From NCBI GenBank assembly GCA_964016885.1, contig OZ024742.1, forward strand, positions 158,224,001 to 158,288,000: a stretch of 64,000 nucleotides of DNA. The letters run 5' to 3'. Both the position numbers and the translations under genes were made by a program. How positions within the stretch are numbered: the first letter of the stretch is position 1; each line of letters opens with the position of its first letter. Under the pieces are notes generated by a model. The model did no database searches. It saw only the letters and a list, made by a program, of their open reading frames with translations, and was not told where the DNA came from. This DNA is from Eledone cirrhosa. Lineage: Eukaryota. Below, one piece after another: positions 1 to 13,344 of the stretch.

Positions 1-3000
1 TTTTTTTATCTCTCTCAAATATTCTCGAACTAAATTCTCAAAGTTATCGATCGATTTTATTCCCGAGAGAAACTAGTCTTGCAATAAATTTACATAAACA
101 GATAATTTTTTTTCTCTCAGAGCTCTTACATAAATGGACTGATTAAATGAGTTATAACTTGTCAGTTGTGATATATAGAGGAACTTTCTTTACAATCTAT
201 ATATTTTGATTTACATTTTGTATGTTTTGTTCTTCATTACGAATCATCTATCAGAGAATTGAAACGTATTGCCTTAAGTCACTGGTTAAATTAAAAGTTT
301 TTTTCCTATTTTTGTATATATACATGTGAGTGTGTATGAGGTGGGGGTGTTTGTGATTATGCGACGGCTAGATGCACATATAAAGCCAGAAGGTACATCA
401 TAATTCGTCTCATCTTAGCATATAAACACCATTTATACTCTACACATAATTGAAAACTAGTGTGGCAGTTGCTTTATGAAACTATGTTTGTATATTAGTC
501 GAATTGTTAGGGTCTTTTAAACAACTAAATTGGTCAATGTGTTTTTAATAATGGTTTGAAATTGATTCGGGTACTATTATCAAGGCGAACTACTATGTAG
601 TGTTCCCCCGGCTTTCGGATAGCAAATGTATATGATAAACGTAAATATATTACCTAATGATGGAACTACATTTGAAGCATATTATTTTGGAAATGAGAGT
701 ACATACCTAACGCTATTTGGTATATACTAATTCCAAGCTTCAAATGGCGACTCTACGTGGACAATTGTATCTAAAACTGAGTTTAATAATATTGTATTGG
801 TTTCACAATATGTCAAATGTATTTTATGATAGGTTCGCTCAGGCAAAACATTTACAACACTAATAAATAATTTTCCTAAGGCTGAGACTTGTTGTTTCTC
901 AATAAAATGTATCCTGCAATGATAATTCAGAGAATATTATTGCTGCTTCATTTTACTCTACTGCGGTTATGTAACAGAAATGCTATGTAGGAAATTGAAA
1001 GTTCACATCTGCCTTTACATTTAATATTTCTCACTGATATCACGCTTGATGAACTCTTGACGAGGAATCTTTGAAATAATTAGAAACAGTTTATTGAATT
1101 TTAATAATGAACTAAGAGGTAGCAAATTAGCATAGACGTTAGAACGTTAAAATGCCTTATGCTTGTGATCCGGTTCTCAACGCCCTCAATTCAAATCACG
1201 CCAGTTACCAAGTTTGCTTTTCCTCCTTCTGGGATGAAATATCTACATATCCAATGCGGTGGGTTGAGGAGAATGTTCGTCTATCGGATAGGATTCATTG
1301 TGGTATATGTTACGATGGTGTGTGTTATGCTTTCAAAGTTCACCTACTGATGACATATTAATACTAACTTCCTCTCCTTACAACTAATTAGAAATCAAAT
1401 TTCATGTCGAAATATTCTTAATTTGTTCTAGAAGAATGTAGTTGTCATATAAGTATTTAGCATGTTATTTAAGACATAGGTGTGCATATTACACAATTAG
1501 CATAAATTCGTCTCAAGATCCAAAAAATCCCTATTCATATGAATATATATAATTAGGTTCATAAATATATGGGTCTCGGCAAGCAATATGTTAATACGCA
1601 TTCAATCGTGTATAGATAGTTATGGAATGAATTACTATGAATTACTATGAAATTAATCAAGGAGTCAACAACTGTGGACTTTGCCTTTCACTCAATGTTG
1701 GGAAAGTGTTAATAACGAATTTTGGGACACAGATTCATCTGTAAACTCCTAAACAATGCTCTGTCTATTGTTTCTATTATTTACCACATTCAAATTAATA
1801 ATGTCAAGTATTTTGTCATGATAGAGATTTTTCTTCTTTGTTTAGGAGAAGAGAAAGAACTTTCTACATTGGTTTTGTTTACTTTAGAAGTGATGTGTGT
1901 TTGAGATTCGTATTTTATTATGGAAAGAAGCAAATATTATCACGAAGGCTGCGTTTATTTTATATATAATTCTTGAGCAAACATATATAGACAGGGAAAA
2001 GAGTCAATTTAATTGTAGTCAATGTCCTCTAGACTGCTACAATATTTCAATAAAATAGAGAAATAATACCTACAGATCAAAAGCTATCAGCTATACGCCA
2101 GATACTTTATCGATATTATATAGGATTTATGTTGACGTTAAATAAAATTATTGAATCACATCCCCAATTACGCTTTTTGGTTTCAATAATGTCCTTTGTG
2201 TTCTGTCAAATAGTTTATCAGACATATGTACAATGAAATGGGCATTGAATTGAAATTACGTCAGGTAGATATGGCATCATATGACGCGTTGTTCTAAAAT
2301 ACTGAGCATTTAAGTTAAATTTAAATTTAGATATAATGAAATAACATGTCGCTTCATATTAGATATTCTGATATATAATATTTGCTTTAATTCTTAAAGC
2401 AAATAATGACACTATATAGCAAGCAAGAGTTCAATGTGTGTTTGCGGTTTTGATGCTTTTTTTCAAAGAGTTTAAGAGCATTTATTCAATTAGACCAATT
2501 CTCTTGGTTTCTTTCTGTTTCCGTTTAATGCTACAAAAGTACCTTATATTTCAGAAGATGGTGAAATAGAATATAAGTGGTGTAAATTAATGGAACTCGA
2601 AATAGACCTCCCAGGCAGCTTAATGTTTAGTGAATGGCGTCTAGTATGTTAATAAAAACAAAACTACAACCGTCATTTGCAATCAAGTATGGCTTGTTAG
2701 TATTAGCCATGCTTTCAGTAAGAGGTTTAGGTGCCCATTCAGTCACAAGGTAACACAGACACCCTCTCGACCTTCGGTCCTTTTATCCAGCGGAACATCC
2801 AGGAATATAACAGCTGGAATTAGAGAGGACAGTACGAGCACTGGTCTGACACTTACTTCTTTTTACCTCCGAATGAGGCAAAGAGAACCTTGGTGTGATT
2901 TGAACTCAGAATGCAGATAACCGGAACAAAAAACGACGCTGCCAAATAGAGCTCCTTATAGATATTAGAACTATACAATATATATAAACCTGACTCTTGC

Positions 3001-4301
3001 ATATGAGATATAGTGGGTTGCAAAACTACAAAAAACTAAGATACTCTATCCAATTCATATACATATTCTCCAATTATGATTCAAATCTAAATCTACTAGC
3101 AAGAGAGGCAATCTCAGTGGACAGGCATGCGGTAATTAATTGGGTTTTTTTATATCTAAAAACGACAAACAAGAGTGTGCCAACAAAGTAGAGGATATTT
3201 CCTTAGGGAAAACTTATGAAATCAAAATATATCATCTACTTGTACAAGTTAAATTTTTAAATACAGGTTTCACTCCTATACTGCATTCTCTGTTTTACAA
3301 ATATTTCAGTTCATTGATCTCACTGATATTCTATCTAGTTAAGATAAGACTTATGATGCTGTTAGAACTCAATGTAGTTTGGATATGAATATCACAGCGA
3401 AACGAGTGGAAATTTGCTATTGTGGAAGAATGGCATCTTATTATATGTTGTTGATAGGTTGAATAATAAAAACAAAAAGGCAAGATTCGGTGCTTAATTA
3501 ATCCATTGTTTTACGATTGATTGAATTGATAATTTGGATATGCAGACCAATCGATAACGTATCTCCATATTATTAGATATTGATAATATGGATATATAAA
3601 CTAATCGATTATGTAACTCTAAAACATACGTGGAGTAAAACATAACCATAGATTCTGTTTGGATTTTAATTGTGAATATTAGAATTCCGAATTCTGCTCT
3701 CTGTCATTAAGAACAAATACATTTGCAAATAACCATAATAAAGAATATATCCAATAATAATTTTATATTATATACAAAACCATATTTTATATAAAGATTT
3801 CGATTCTAAATTTTTACACATCTTACAACAAACATCTTTCTCCTACATATGCTTGTTAGACAATAAGGCTTCTTCCATAATTCTTTATCATTTAATGTTT
3901 ATTGTTAATAGCATCTAAGCAACGTCTAGACTGGTTGAGATAAATGTAGATATGTGCAATGTGATGTATACATTTATGTTTTACACGAGGATTCGCATAG
4001 AAATGTTGTCATAAAAAACGAATGGACGAATAATTTAGTATAGCTTCAAGGGTATCTGTGAAAGTAGAAGAAAGAATAAAGTATAGATGACGAAGTAGTA
4101 GACTGTTTAAGCACTTACTGGTGAAGTAAGATTTCTTTTTTCATTGTCAAAAATATATTCTCTCCAGTCTTTCGTAGAAAATACGTGGAACGGCTAGATT
4201 GAACGGAGAGTATTGCACATTTTATCTTTTACAAATATATTGAAATTCAAATATCCCAATGCTTATCAATCAAAATAATACGTCACGTTTTATTCTTACC
4301 A

Positions 4302-4428
4302 GTCGTGGCTAAATGGTAAGAGAATTGTATTCGCACTAGTGATGTTGTGAGTTCGATTCCGGGACCGTGCGATGGTTTATGTCCTTGAGCAAGACACTTC
4401 TTTTTCACGTTGCTCATTCTACCTGGAG
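4302..4428 (+). mobile_element. tRNA-derived SINE head with CORE-like domain (degenerate)
   Basis: A-box-like TGGCTAAATGGT and B-box GAGTTCGATTCC, followed by GTCCTTGAGCAAGACACTT resembling the CORE domain. A related minus-strand copy lies at ~18525-18620. Confidence 0.6.
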
Positions 4429-4528
4429 TTGGGACCGATAGAGAGTATTAGCAATTAGAAAGACGAATGGAAACATTGTTTCGTCGGTCCAATTTAGAGA
4501 AAGTTGATCAACACACAAAGCACTGTCG

Positions 4529-4539
4529 ATATATATGTG

Positions 4540-4570
<31 letters not shown>

Positions 4571-4746
4571 ATGTGTGTGAGTGTATGTGTGTGAGTGTGT
4601 GTGTGTGTGCGTGTGTGTGTGTGTGTGTGTGTGAAATTGGTATTGATGCTCCGAAATAGTGATATATATATATATATATATCGATCGACAAGAAACCAGA
4701 CCTCAGTCACTTAACGAGTGGGGTGAATCTCGTCAAATCAGACCGA

Positions 4747-4805
<59 letters not shown>

Positions 4806-5092
4806 TATAACACATATACACATGCATACATACAAACATAAAATCGCACACACATGAATACATGCATACATACATGCATACATACAAAAATCTGTACATA
4901 CATGCATACATAAATACATAGATGCATACATACATATATACAAACATATATACATACACACACACACACATACATACATACATACATACATACATACATA
5001 CATACATACATACACACATACATACATACATACATACATACATACATACATACATACATACATACATACATACATACATACATACACACATA
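4529..5092. repeat. Compound microsatellite (TG)n/(TA)n/(TACA)n
   Basis: Seen directly; explains the overlapping YVCM/HT/YI ORFs. Confidence 0.95.
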
Positions 5093-5552
5093 CAGGTGGA
5101 ACCTGAAAATAAAAACTGCCACCAAATTAAAGCACAACCGGCCTGATATTGTTGTTTGGGACCACACATTGAAAACGTGCTCTGTTGTGGAGATCAGCTG
5201 CCCACTTGATGTAAACGTTGTCAGAAAATACAGGAGAACAGGACATCTACGGACCATTGATGAGGAGTTTACAAATCCAGTATCTAAGATACACCTTTAG
5301 CTTCATACCCATCATTATTGGAGCTACGGGTTATATACCAACCCGCTTGGACCAAAGTATGACTGAACTTGGATTTGCGGACAAAAAGCGCAGCTCCCTA
5401 ATTCATAGTCTACAAATGGCTGCGATAGCTGGCACCTTCAAAATTTGCAAAACATTCTTGCGATTTAAGGGATGACAATTTCTTTTCTTTTACAACCTTG
5501 CCACCAGAAAGGTGGCCGGTCAAAAAAATATACTCGAAGTTAAGAGAAAGAG
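5093..5552 (+). mobile_element. 5'-truncated RLE-type non-LTR retrotransposon (R4/Dong-like clade), endonuclease end plus 3' UTR
   Basis: Translation from 5097 gives WNLKIKTATKLKHNRPDIVVWDHTLKTCSVVEISCP, then a frameshift to ...FIPIIIGATG...LQMAAIAGTFKICKTFL* (5475). This is a PD-(D/E)xK restriction-like endonuclease motif homologous to ORF 56400-57533. Confidence 0.85.
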
Positions 5553-5697
5553 ATACATATACTTATAGTTATCAATCTATTTGAAGATATATATAAAACA
5601 TAAAAATAGATAAGACACAGATAGATAGTGAAGAATTATGAAGATAGGTAGAATAGATTGGAACAGTGTGGATGATAAATGGTATATATATATATAA

Positions 5698-5900
5698 TTG
5701 TTTAATATAGAAAAGCTTCTACAGGACTAGAACTGTTTCATTCGTGGGAAATAATCAGGAAGCTTCCTGATGATACCTGATGATTTCCCTCGAATGAAAC
5801 AGTTCTAGTCCTGTAGAAGTTTTCTATATTAAACATTTATACTATGTATTGTATTGAGTACCCTACTTAGTGTGGTTACCCCCCATTGAACCCGGGATAA

Positions 5901-5902
<2 letters not shown>
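5698..5902. mobile_element. Fold-back PLE pseudo-LTR module, hammerhead family A
   Basis: ~60-bp inverted repeat centred near 5765. The plus arm reads CTGATGA-tttccctcgaat-GAAA-CAG-ttctagtc-CTG-TA-gaag. Flanked by (TA)n; homologous to 6398-6810 and 25143-25337. Confidence 0.75.
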
Positions 5903-5964
<62 letters not shown>

Positions 5965-6004
5965 AAGTGTTAAAACGATCAAATTTTAGTTTAGAACATT
6001 TGTT

Positions 6005-6051
6005 TGCTGACAATTGTTTCTTCCAGAGGGAAGTCTGGAATTATCGGAGCA
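6005..6051 (-). ncRNA. Degenerate minimal type I hammerhead ribozyme (family B)
   Basis: Minus strand: TGCT-CCGATAA-TTCCAGA(cttccc)TCTGGAA-GAAA-C(AATT)G-TC-AGCA. All three helices are present; the core has 2 substitutions. Confidence 0.6.
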
Positions 6052-6364
6052 TAAGGAATGTTGAAACATGTAACTAAAATCCTAGTCATTTAGAACATTT
6101 AGGGTACATACTTGTTATTAGTGTCAAAGGCATCATGTGGAGAGTCAGGAGTTAAAAAGATGTTCTGTTTGAAAGAACACAATTACAGGAAGCACTGTTT
6201 GGAAGTGTAATAGGTATAAGTAAAAAGCACAAGCAAAAAAATTACAAGCATAAAAAACACAGGCAAAAAAGTTATAAGCAGGGACAATTGGTGTACCATT
6301 GGTGAGGATTCGCTAAGGTGAACTAATTGTTCTCGGTATGGTGAACTAACTGTTGTGTTACCAC

Positions 6365-6397
<33 letters not shown>

Positions 6398-6398
<1 letters not shown>

Positions 6399-6810
6399 CT
6401 ACGTTATTCCGGGTTGAATCGGAGGTAACCACAGTAAGTAAGTTACTCAATACATAACAGAGTATAACAGTTTTAATATAGATGAGATTCTACAGGACTA
6501 GAACTGTTTCATTCTTTAGAAATCATCAGAGAAACTTAAAAATAAGGAGTGTCACCCCATTCTGAACTTGTTTATAGAATTCTTTCTGCCTTTGTTACTC
6601 TAAATATAAATTATAGCTTTAAAGAATTAGCTTTTAATGAATTCCATTTTCTATCAACCAATGACCTCTACCCATCCCACTCCCTACCCTCTCCTACCAC
6701 CAGCTGAAGAGGCCTCTAAATACCATAATTATTTTTTGATACCCAGATTCCTGATGATTTCTAAAGAATGAAACAGTTCTAGTCCTGTAGAATCTCATCT
6801 ATATTAAAAC
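6398..6810. mobile_element. PLE-derived module with inverted pseudo-LTR, hammerhead family A
   Basis: 6470-6529 is the reverse complement of 6751-6810. Bounded by (TA)n on both sides. Confidence 0.75.
6745..6795 (+). ncRNA. Type I hammerhead ribozyme (family A), intact core
   Basis: AGATTC-CTGATGA-tTTC(taaa)GAAt-GAAA-CAG(ttctagtc)CTG-TA-GAATCT; 6-bp stem I, GUA cleavage triplet. Confidence 0.85.
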
Positions 6811-7903
6811 TATATATATATATATATATAGTTTTAATATACATGAGATTCTTTCTTTTTTCCTTTTTTCTTTTAATTTCTAACCTCTAATCTGTACCTT
6901 TTCTTCCTAGATACTTCTCAATTCTTATTATTACTCACCACAATATATCCACTCTTCCTTATTCCATCCTATCACTGGCCATAAAACTTACTATTACCCT
7001 TTTAAATACTTTATAGTATCACCTTGAAAAATCCTTCGCAAACATAAACATTTTTTTTAAGTTAGATTATTCATCCTCAATTCATTATTTTTTCTCCCTT
7101 TCATGCTCGTCTAACTTCTACATATTACACATCACAACACATAAAAACAAACTTAAACCCTAACTAATCTCCTTTATTACATTATATTATTACCATTAGG
7201 AAATACTTCATAAACATACATATTTTGATGTTACGGTCTTCTCCTTAAACACTATCTCCTTCTTTGATTTCTGCGCTCATTTGTAAGCAAACTATTTACA
7301 TATATTACACATACATATTACATTACATAAAAACAAACTTAAACACTAACTAATTCCTCTAAATTCATAATTCATCCACTCTTCTACTTCTTTTCACAAT
7401 ATATCCTTAATTACATTACTATTTTAATTTTAATAATACATATCAACAATTTCTTTCCATCGCACATATTATTAAACCTTAATTTAATACTATTCTTAAT
7501 ACATATTAACAATTTATTTTCATCCACATATTATTAAACCCTTCAATATTTAACATTATTCTTAAATTTTTCTCTTCGTTAATTTTCAAATTCTTTTAAT
7601 TTATATATTATCTTCCAACGGTTTTTTAACCTCTCTCAGTAAAACAATATAATTTTCTCAGTTATAAAAGCTATCTCTCTCTCTCTCTATCACCCATCTC
7701 TCCTCCTATCTCATCCTTCCTTATTATACTCCTCCCCCTCCATTCTTTACTCTCATCTCCTCCTCTTTTTCATCCATTCCAACCCCCTCCTCATTTTTTT
7801 TCCCAATATCACACATCAATCTAAAACTACTTTTCATATGTTGATTTAAAACTGCACTATTCACAAGTGTTTTTTAACCTTTAACCTTCATATCATGTCT
7901 CCC

Positions 7904-7974
7904 TATTTTATCTGACGAAAACGCAAATTTCATCGCATGATGATATTTGTTTTTGAAATGCGCATAATAAAATA
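7904..7974 (+). ncRNA. Minimal type I hammerhead ribozyme (family C) at the 3' end of a ~1.2 kb TA-flanked module (6831-8003)
   Basis: TATTTTAT-CTGACGA-(hairpin stem II)-GAAA-T(GCGC)A-TA-ATAAAATA; perfect 8-bp stem I and palindromic stem III loop. Confidence 0.85.
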
Positions 7975-8004
7975 CATGGAACTCTTTAAACCATCTTTTG
8001 ATCT

Positions 8005-8051
<47 letters not shown>

Positions 8052-8094
8052 CCAATATATTAATAAATGGAAACTATATTTATAAAACAATAAT

Positions 8095-8159
8095 TATTTT
8101 ATTATATATATTTCAAGGGCAACCAAGACAATTTTGATGCGATTTCATCAGATAAAATA
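8095..8159 (-). ncRNA. Minimal type I hammerhead ribozyme (family C-related) in TA-flanked module 8047-8350
   Basis: Minus strand: TATTTTAT-CTGATGA-aatcgcatcaaaattgtcttggttgccctt-GAAA-T(ATAT)A-TA-ATAAAATA. The module also has a ~37-bp inverted repeat (8053-8088 vs 8226-8261). Confidence 0.8.
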
Positions 8160-8470
8160 CAAAATATGTTTTATAAATGTTGACATACCCGTAGAAAAAC
8201 AACCTTGACGGTTGAAGGTTCGCTGGTTTTATAAATATAGTTTCCATTTATTAATATATTGAATATTTACTCCGGTAATTTGTTGAGTGCTTTATATCAG
8301 TTATAAAACGTTTAAGCTTGTTGAATCCCAACAAATTAAATATACCTTCTGCATATGTATATATATATATTCTGCACTCTTTTACCTGTTCCAGCCGTCC
8401 GGCTGAGGCCATGCTGGGGCAATACCTTTGGATATATATGTGTGTTTGTGTGCGTATATGTGTCTATAAC

Positions 8471-8506
<36 letters not shown>

Positions 8507-8512
<6 letters not shown>

Positions 8513-8837
8513 ACAGGGAGAAAGAGACGATTATGAGGAAGAAACATTTTTTTTTTTCCTTTTTTTTTTCTCTCTCTCTTTTTTCTGGGTTAGAAAATGA
8601 TTAAAACGAAATGTTTTAATTTGTGTGAAGTGTTAAGGTATTAGTTGATTTATTTTTTATTTAACAATGACATTTGTTAAATAATAAATAAATCAACTAA
8701 TACCTTAACACTTCACACAAAGTAAAACATTTCGTTTTAATCCTTTTCTAACCAAGAATAAAGAGAGAAGAGAGAAACAAAAAAGGAAAAAATATATTTG
8801 TCTTCCTCATAATCGTCTCTTTCTCCCTGTTTTCATA
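8507..8837. repeat. Long fold-back (~160-bp arms, essentially no spacer) between (TA)n tracts
   Basis: 8507-8668 is a near reverse complement of 8670-8837. Confidence 0.9.
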
Positions 8838-9265
8838 TATATATATATCCTAACTCGTGTGCTTCGTCTCCACATTTTATTATTATATATATATATATAT
8901 ACTTCTGTAACTATTGAAGATTTAAACACGCAAACATACACACAGTACATTTCCTATAGTCCATGTTGCTACGATAGGATGTCCTTGTGCATAACTTATT
9001 CTCCAACGTTACACATGCACTTAATTTTGTTTAGCATTTATACATATATGCTGAACAATTGTGTAACTATATAGATTATCAATATCGTTTTAATAATCAC
9101 GTCCACGTTCCAGTAATTAACAATGAAAAAATTGGTTGTTTATTGTGCAAACCATAAATGTATTAAAACGCCAATTTTCCAGTGTGTGTAATAATTCATA
9201 TATCCTGTAATCCTGCTATACATGGCGTACTAATCTTAGATTACAATCCTGAAATATATTTGACG

Positions 9266-9455
9266 CTGGTGGATTGGCAGTATCGGTAGAGGGTCGGACG
9301 CCATGCTTTCCAGCATAGTTACGTCCCTTTACGATCTGAGTTCAAATCCCGCCGAGGTTGACTTTGCCTTTCATCCTTACGGGGTCGATAAAATAAAATA
9401 CCAGTAATGCACTGGGTAATTGCTGGCCTTGTGCCTAAAGTAGAAACAATTATTA
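9266..9455 (+). mobile_element. tRNA-derived SINE (abundant family in this window)
   Basis: TGGCAGTATCGGT A-box, GAGTTCAAATCC B-box, body GACTTTGCCTTTCATCCTTACGGGGTCGATAAAATAAA, (ATT)n tail; more than 12 homologous copies in the window. Confidence 0.85.
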
Positions 9456-9753
9456 TATGCACTGACCTACAAGTATTATCAAATCCTTTACAGTTCTTCG
9501 TAATCCAAGGACACGTAACACTGATTTTCTAAGCATAGATTGGAACTGTGGATGGTTTCTTCCTTTAGAAAGGTGGAGTGTTTTAGCATCATACATGAAA
9601 TGAAATATTATCAAATGGAGATCAAAAGGAATTTCAGTCAGGAAAGTTTTTAGACAATGACAATATCTGATATATAGGGTTACAGTTCTGTCTTAAAACT
9701 TTCTGTTACGTAGTCATATGTCTCTGTTCTTTTTTATTCCCGAGGCTGATATT

Positions 9754-9832
<79 letters not shown>

Positions 9833-10591
9833 ATACGTACATGTATATATACATATACATATATATGTATATATATATATACGTACATACACATTTATGT
9901 ATATGCCTATATTTGTCTGTGTACGTGAGTGTGTCTGTGGGGTGGGGGTATATGTGTTTGTGTGTTTATCGATGCTGATGGATATTAGGCTGTTAGAAAA
10001 TGTTTACAGTGATATAAGTGTGACGTTTCTGACGTTGGGGAGGATTAGGTGAGAATGCCCTTTAAATATGATCGTAAAGAACATTTGAAGTTCTCTACAG
10101 AAACTAGGGGAAGGAGTTTAATGATAAATGGAATGAAACAAAACTTGTTTGATGCAAAATATGAGGATCTCGTTCGTGTATTTGCGGAATGCATATGTAA
10201 GCGTCAGAAAGTGCATATGGATTCATAGTCTTTACTACTGAGAATCAAATACATGATCTTTTTCTATTATCGATCCTACATATTTTAATTTAGTAATCCA
10301 CTTGCTTAACACTAATTGTTTTCTTTTCAATATGCAGTATATATGTTAATAATATAGAACCAGTTTCTATTCACAGATTCATCATACCCATTTATTTTGT
10401 CATGATAGGGATGTTTCTTCTTTGTTTAAAATTTGAGTAAGACATTTCTACTGGCTTTGTTTAATTTATACGTAACTGTGGATTATTTTCATAGATTTCC
10501 ATAGATGCACAAATGGTGGTTCCTATTTGTTTAATTTATACATCACTCGTGGTATGTGAATTATTTTCATAGATTTTCATAGATGCACAAA

Positions 10592-11250
10592 TAATGTTTC
10601 CTAATTTTAGCACAAGTTCAGCAATTTTTTGGTGGAAGTGACGGTGGAGTGTGTCGACACCAGACCATGAATGCGATTATATTTTATCGAACTCTGAAAG
10701 GCAAAGCTGACCTCAGTGCGATTTGAACACAGACCATAATAAGGGGAAACCAATGCGCGCGCATTTTCCCCGGCGTGTTAATGACTCTGCTAATCCACTG
10801 CCTTTTAGATGTACAAATAATGGTTTCTGCTTTAGGCACAAGGCCTGAATCTGGGGGGAGGAGAAAATTGATTAAATCGACCCCAGTACGTTACTGGTGT
10901 TTTACTTTATCGACCCCGTAAGGATGAAAGGCAAAGTTAACCTCGGCGGGATTTGAAATCAGACAGTAAAGGACCATAACACCATGCTGCAAAGCATGGT
11001 GGCCGACTCTTTACCGATACTGCCAATCCCCCACCCTTAGATGTACAAATAATGGTTTCTTATATAGGCACAAGGCTAGTAATTTGGGTGGGAGGGGAAA
11101 GTCGATTAAATCGACACCAGTACGTTACTGGGGCTTTATTTTATCGACCCCGTAAGGATGAAAGGCAATGTTAATCTCGGCAGGATTTGAAATCCTACCG
11201 TATAGAACAGTAAACCATGGTGTCCGACGCTCTACCGATCCACCGCCCTT
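10592..11250 (-). mobile_element. Three head-to-tail SINE copies
   Basis: Units at ~10592-10803, 10817-11037 and 11049-11248, separated by a repeated TAGATG(C/T)ACAAATAAT. Confidence 0.85.
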
Positions 11251-11589
11251 AGATGTACAAATAATGGTTTCATTTATTGGCCAAAAGGGCCGATAGATTT
11301 ACAAATAATGATATATGTTCTGTCGTGTTTTAATTTACTTATATAAACTGCCTTGGTTATATTAGCGCTTTGTGTGTTGATAAATTCAATTGAAATTATA
11401 TACTCCTTCCGAAGTGTACATATATAGTGTTTCGTCTTACTAAATAAAATATTTGAATTACGTCCAATATATAATAGCACACAACTGTCCTTACGTAGTG
11501 ATGGAGTTGTAGTGCTCCGCTTTCATGACACACATCTTGGGAATTATAAACATAGCGGAACTAATTACTCTCCTTCTCGGTAAACAGTG

Positions 11590-12992
11590 GATTATTTCGA
11601 TAGCGAATATGAATCGAGCCAAGTTCTTGGTGGGGTCTTTATTTATCGACCTCTAAAGGATTAAATGCAATGTTAACCTTGGCGAGATTACAACTCGGAA
11701 TGCAGAGAGGTGGAACAGATACCAATACGAAATGTTTACTCAAACGCTCTATCAACTCCGCTAATATGCCGCCATTCTAAAAATATTATCTAGAATAACA
11801 ACTACGATACAAATATATCTCAAACACTGTTATAGTGTAGCTTATATGGATTAGAGCAATAGATAAAGATATAGTAATATATCTCTTCAATCATCTCTTG
11901 ATTTCGAGTATTTCGGGAACAAACTTCAAAGACGCGCGATCTTAGATCATTCTTGTTAATCAATATAAAAATGTAGCCAAATGCGAGCCGAAAATTTTTG
12001 ATTTACAGAACTGCTACAGGTTTGTCTGAGGAAATATTAGTCATGTAACATGTAAGAATCCTATGATTTAAGATATTTTGTTGCCATATTTTATATGGTA
12101 TTCATTTCCGTTCCATCGATTAGCGTGTCACTCTCTTTGAATTTCAGGGAATAATTTCAATGGGCAGCTTACCGGTCAATTCCGTTGGTATGTCTAATTA
12201 AATTGCAGCAAATATTGGTATTTCCATTGTCTCCCTACAGTCTTTTAGCCGACGAATAGTCGATGGGCATCGGCTAGAATGTTTTACAGTATTCTTTGAC
12301 TTAATTCTCCCTGAGTTCAAATCCCGTGGAGGTCAACTTTGACTTTCATCCTTTCGATGTCTATATAATATATACCAGTTCAGAACTGCGATCGATTGCT
12401 CCGCTGTATCTCTTTCTTACTTACCCCCTCTCTCTCTCTTTCTGGAAGAAATCGGTTGTCTTCCTCATCGAAAATAATGGGCTCCTCCATATTTTAAATG
12501 CACAAGACAAGTTGTTTATCACTACGAAGGCCCTACGACCCCCATCAGGTGTTACGTGAGCATATATACGTACATACCATTTTCAAGTATCTATCTTTAT
12601 GCAAAGCTGTGGCTTCATATATTTGCTATGAGATACATATGTATTTAACAGTACTGACGCACCCAACATTACGTATAATTTAATGTACTGGTAATTAAAC
12701 AAAAAACATCATAGCTAACGAATTAATATAAACATAGCACATATACCGTTCAATCACGAACTTATTTTAATTATAGAAACTAGCGGGACGTAGAGTTAGC
12801 AAAGCCGGATAAATATTCACCAGTATTTTTCCGGCTCTTTACGTTCTGAGTGTAAATTTTGCCGGCGACAACTTTGCTTTTCATCTTTCTACGATCATTA
12901 AATTAAAGCAACAGTCATGTACTGAGAACTGATACAATAAACCTTCTTTCCTCCCAAAATTGCTGGATTTGTGCCAAAGTTAGAAACCATTA
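11590..12992. mobile_element. Degenerate SINE copies (~11590-11775 minus; ~12270-12380 plus; ~12785-12992 plus)
   Basis: Recognisable B-box and GACTTT..TTTCATCCTTTC body motifs. Confidence 0.65.
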
Positions 12993-13180
12993 TAGATACT
13001 GGCTGAATCAAGCTTAAGATTATTAGTACCAACATTAATATCATAAAATGTAATCGAATCAGTTCTATCAAGCAATGTGTATACTTTGTTGTTCGGGAGA
13101 TACCTTTGAACATTTCTTCTTTTTAGCTCACATGGGATATGTTTATGAGGAAAAGGCAAAAATGTATCCTGCGATATAAG

Positions 13181-13344
13181 CAGTACTGGATTAAAATTAG
13201 GGCCTCACGTAAAGTAGTTCTCCATAGAGGGGTGATTTTTAGTGCCATATCTTTCCATGTCTTTTTAGTGCCATATCTTTCCATGTATGGGGTACCATAA
13301 TCATTTCAGAACTTAGGGTCTCAAAAGGATTTAATCCGGCACTG
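13181..13344. mobile_element. MITE, hAT-like
   Basis: TIRs CAGTACTGGATTAA / TTAATCCGGCACTG; imperfect 8-bp flanks GATATAAG/GATAATAG; internal ~26-bp tandem duplication. Confidence 0.6.

Noticed and set aside
560-1361. Short ORFs (1152-1361, 1159-1350) in unique sequence as host exons
   Set aside because: No recognisable domain, stops in the alternative frames, and no convincing splice-site pair. A small exon cannot be excluded without RNA-seq.
9266-9360. tRNA gene
   Set aside because: A/B boxes run into a multi-copy SINE body and there is no cloverleaf.
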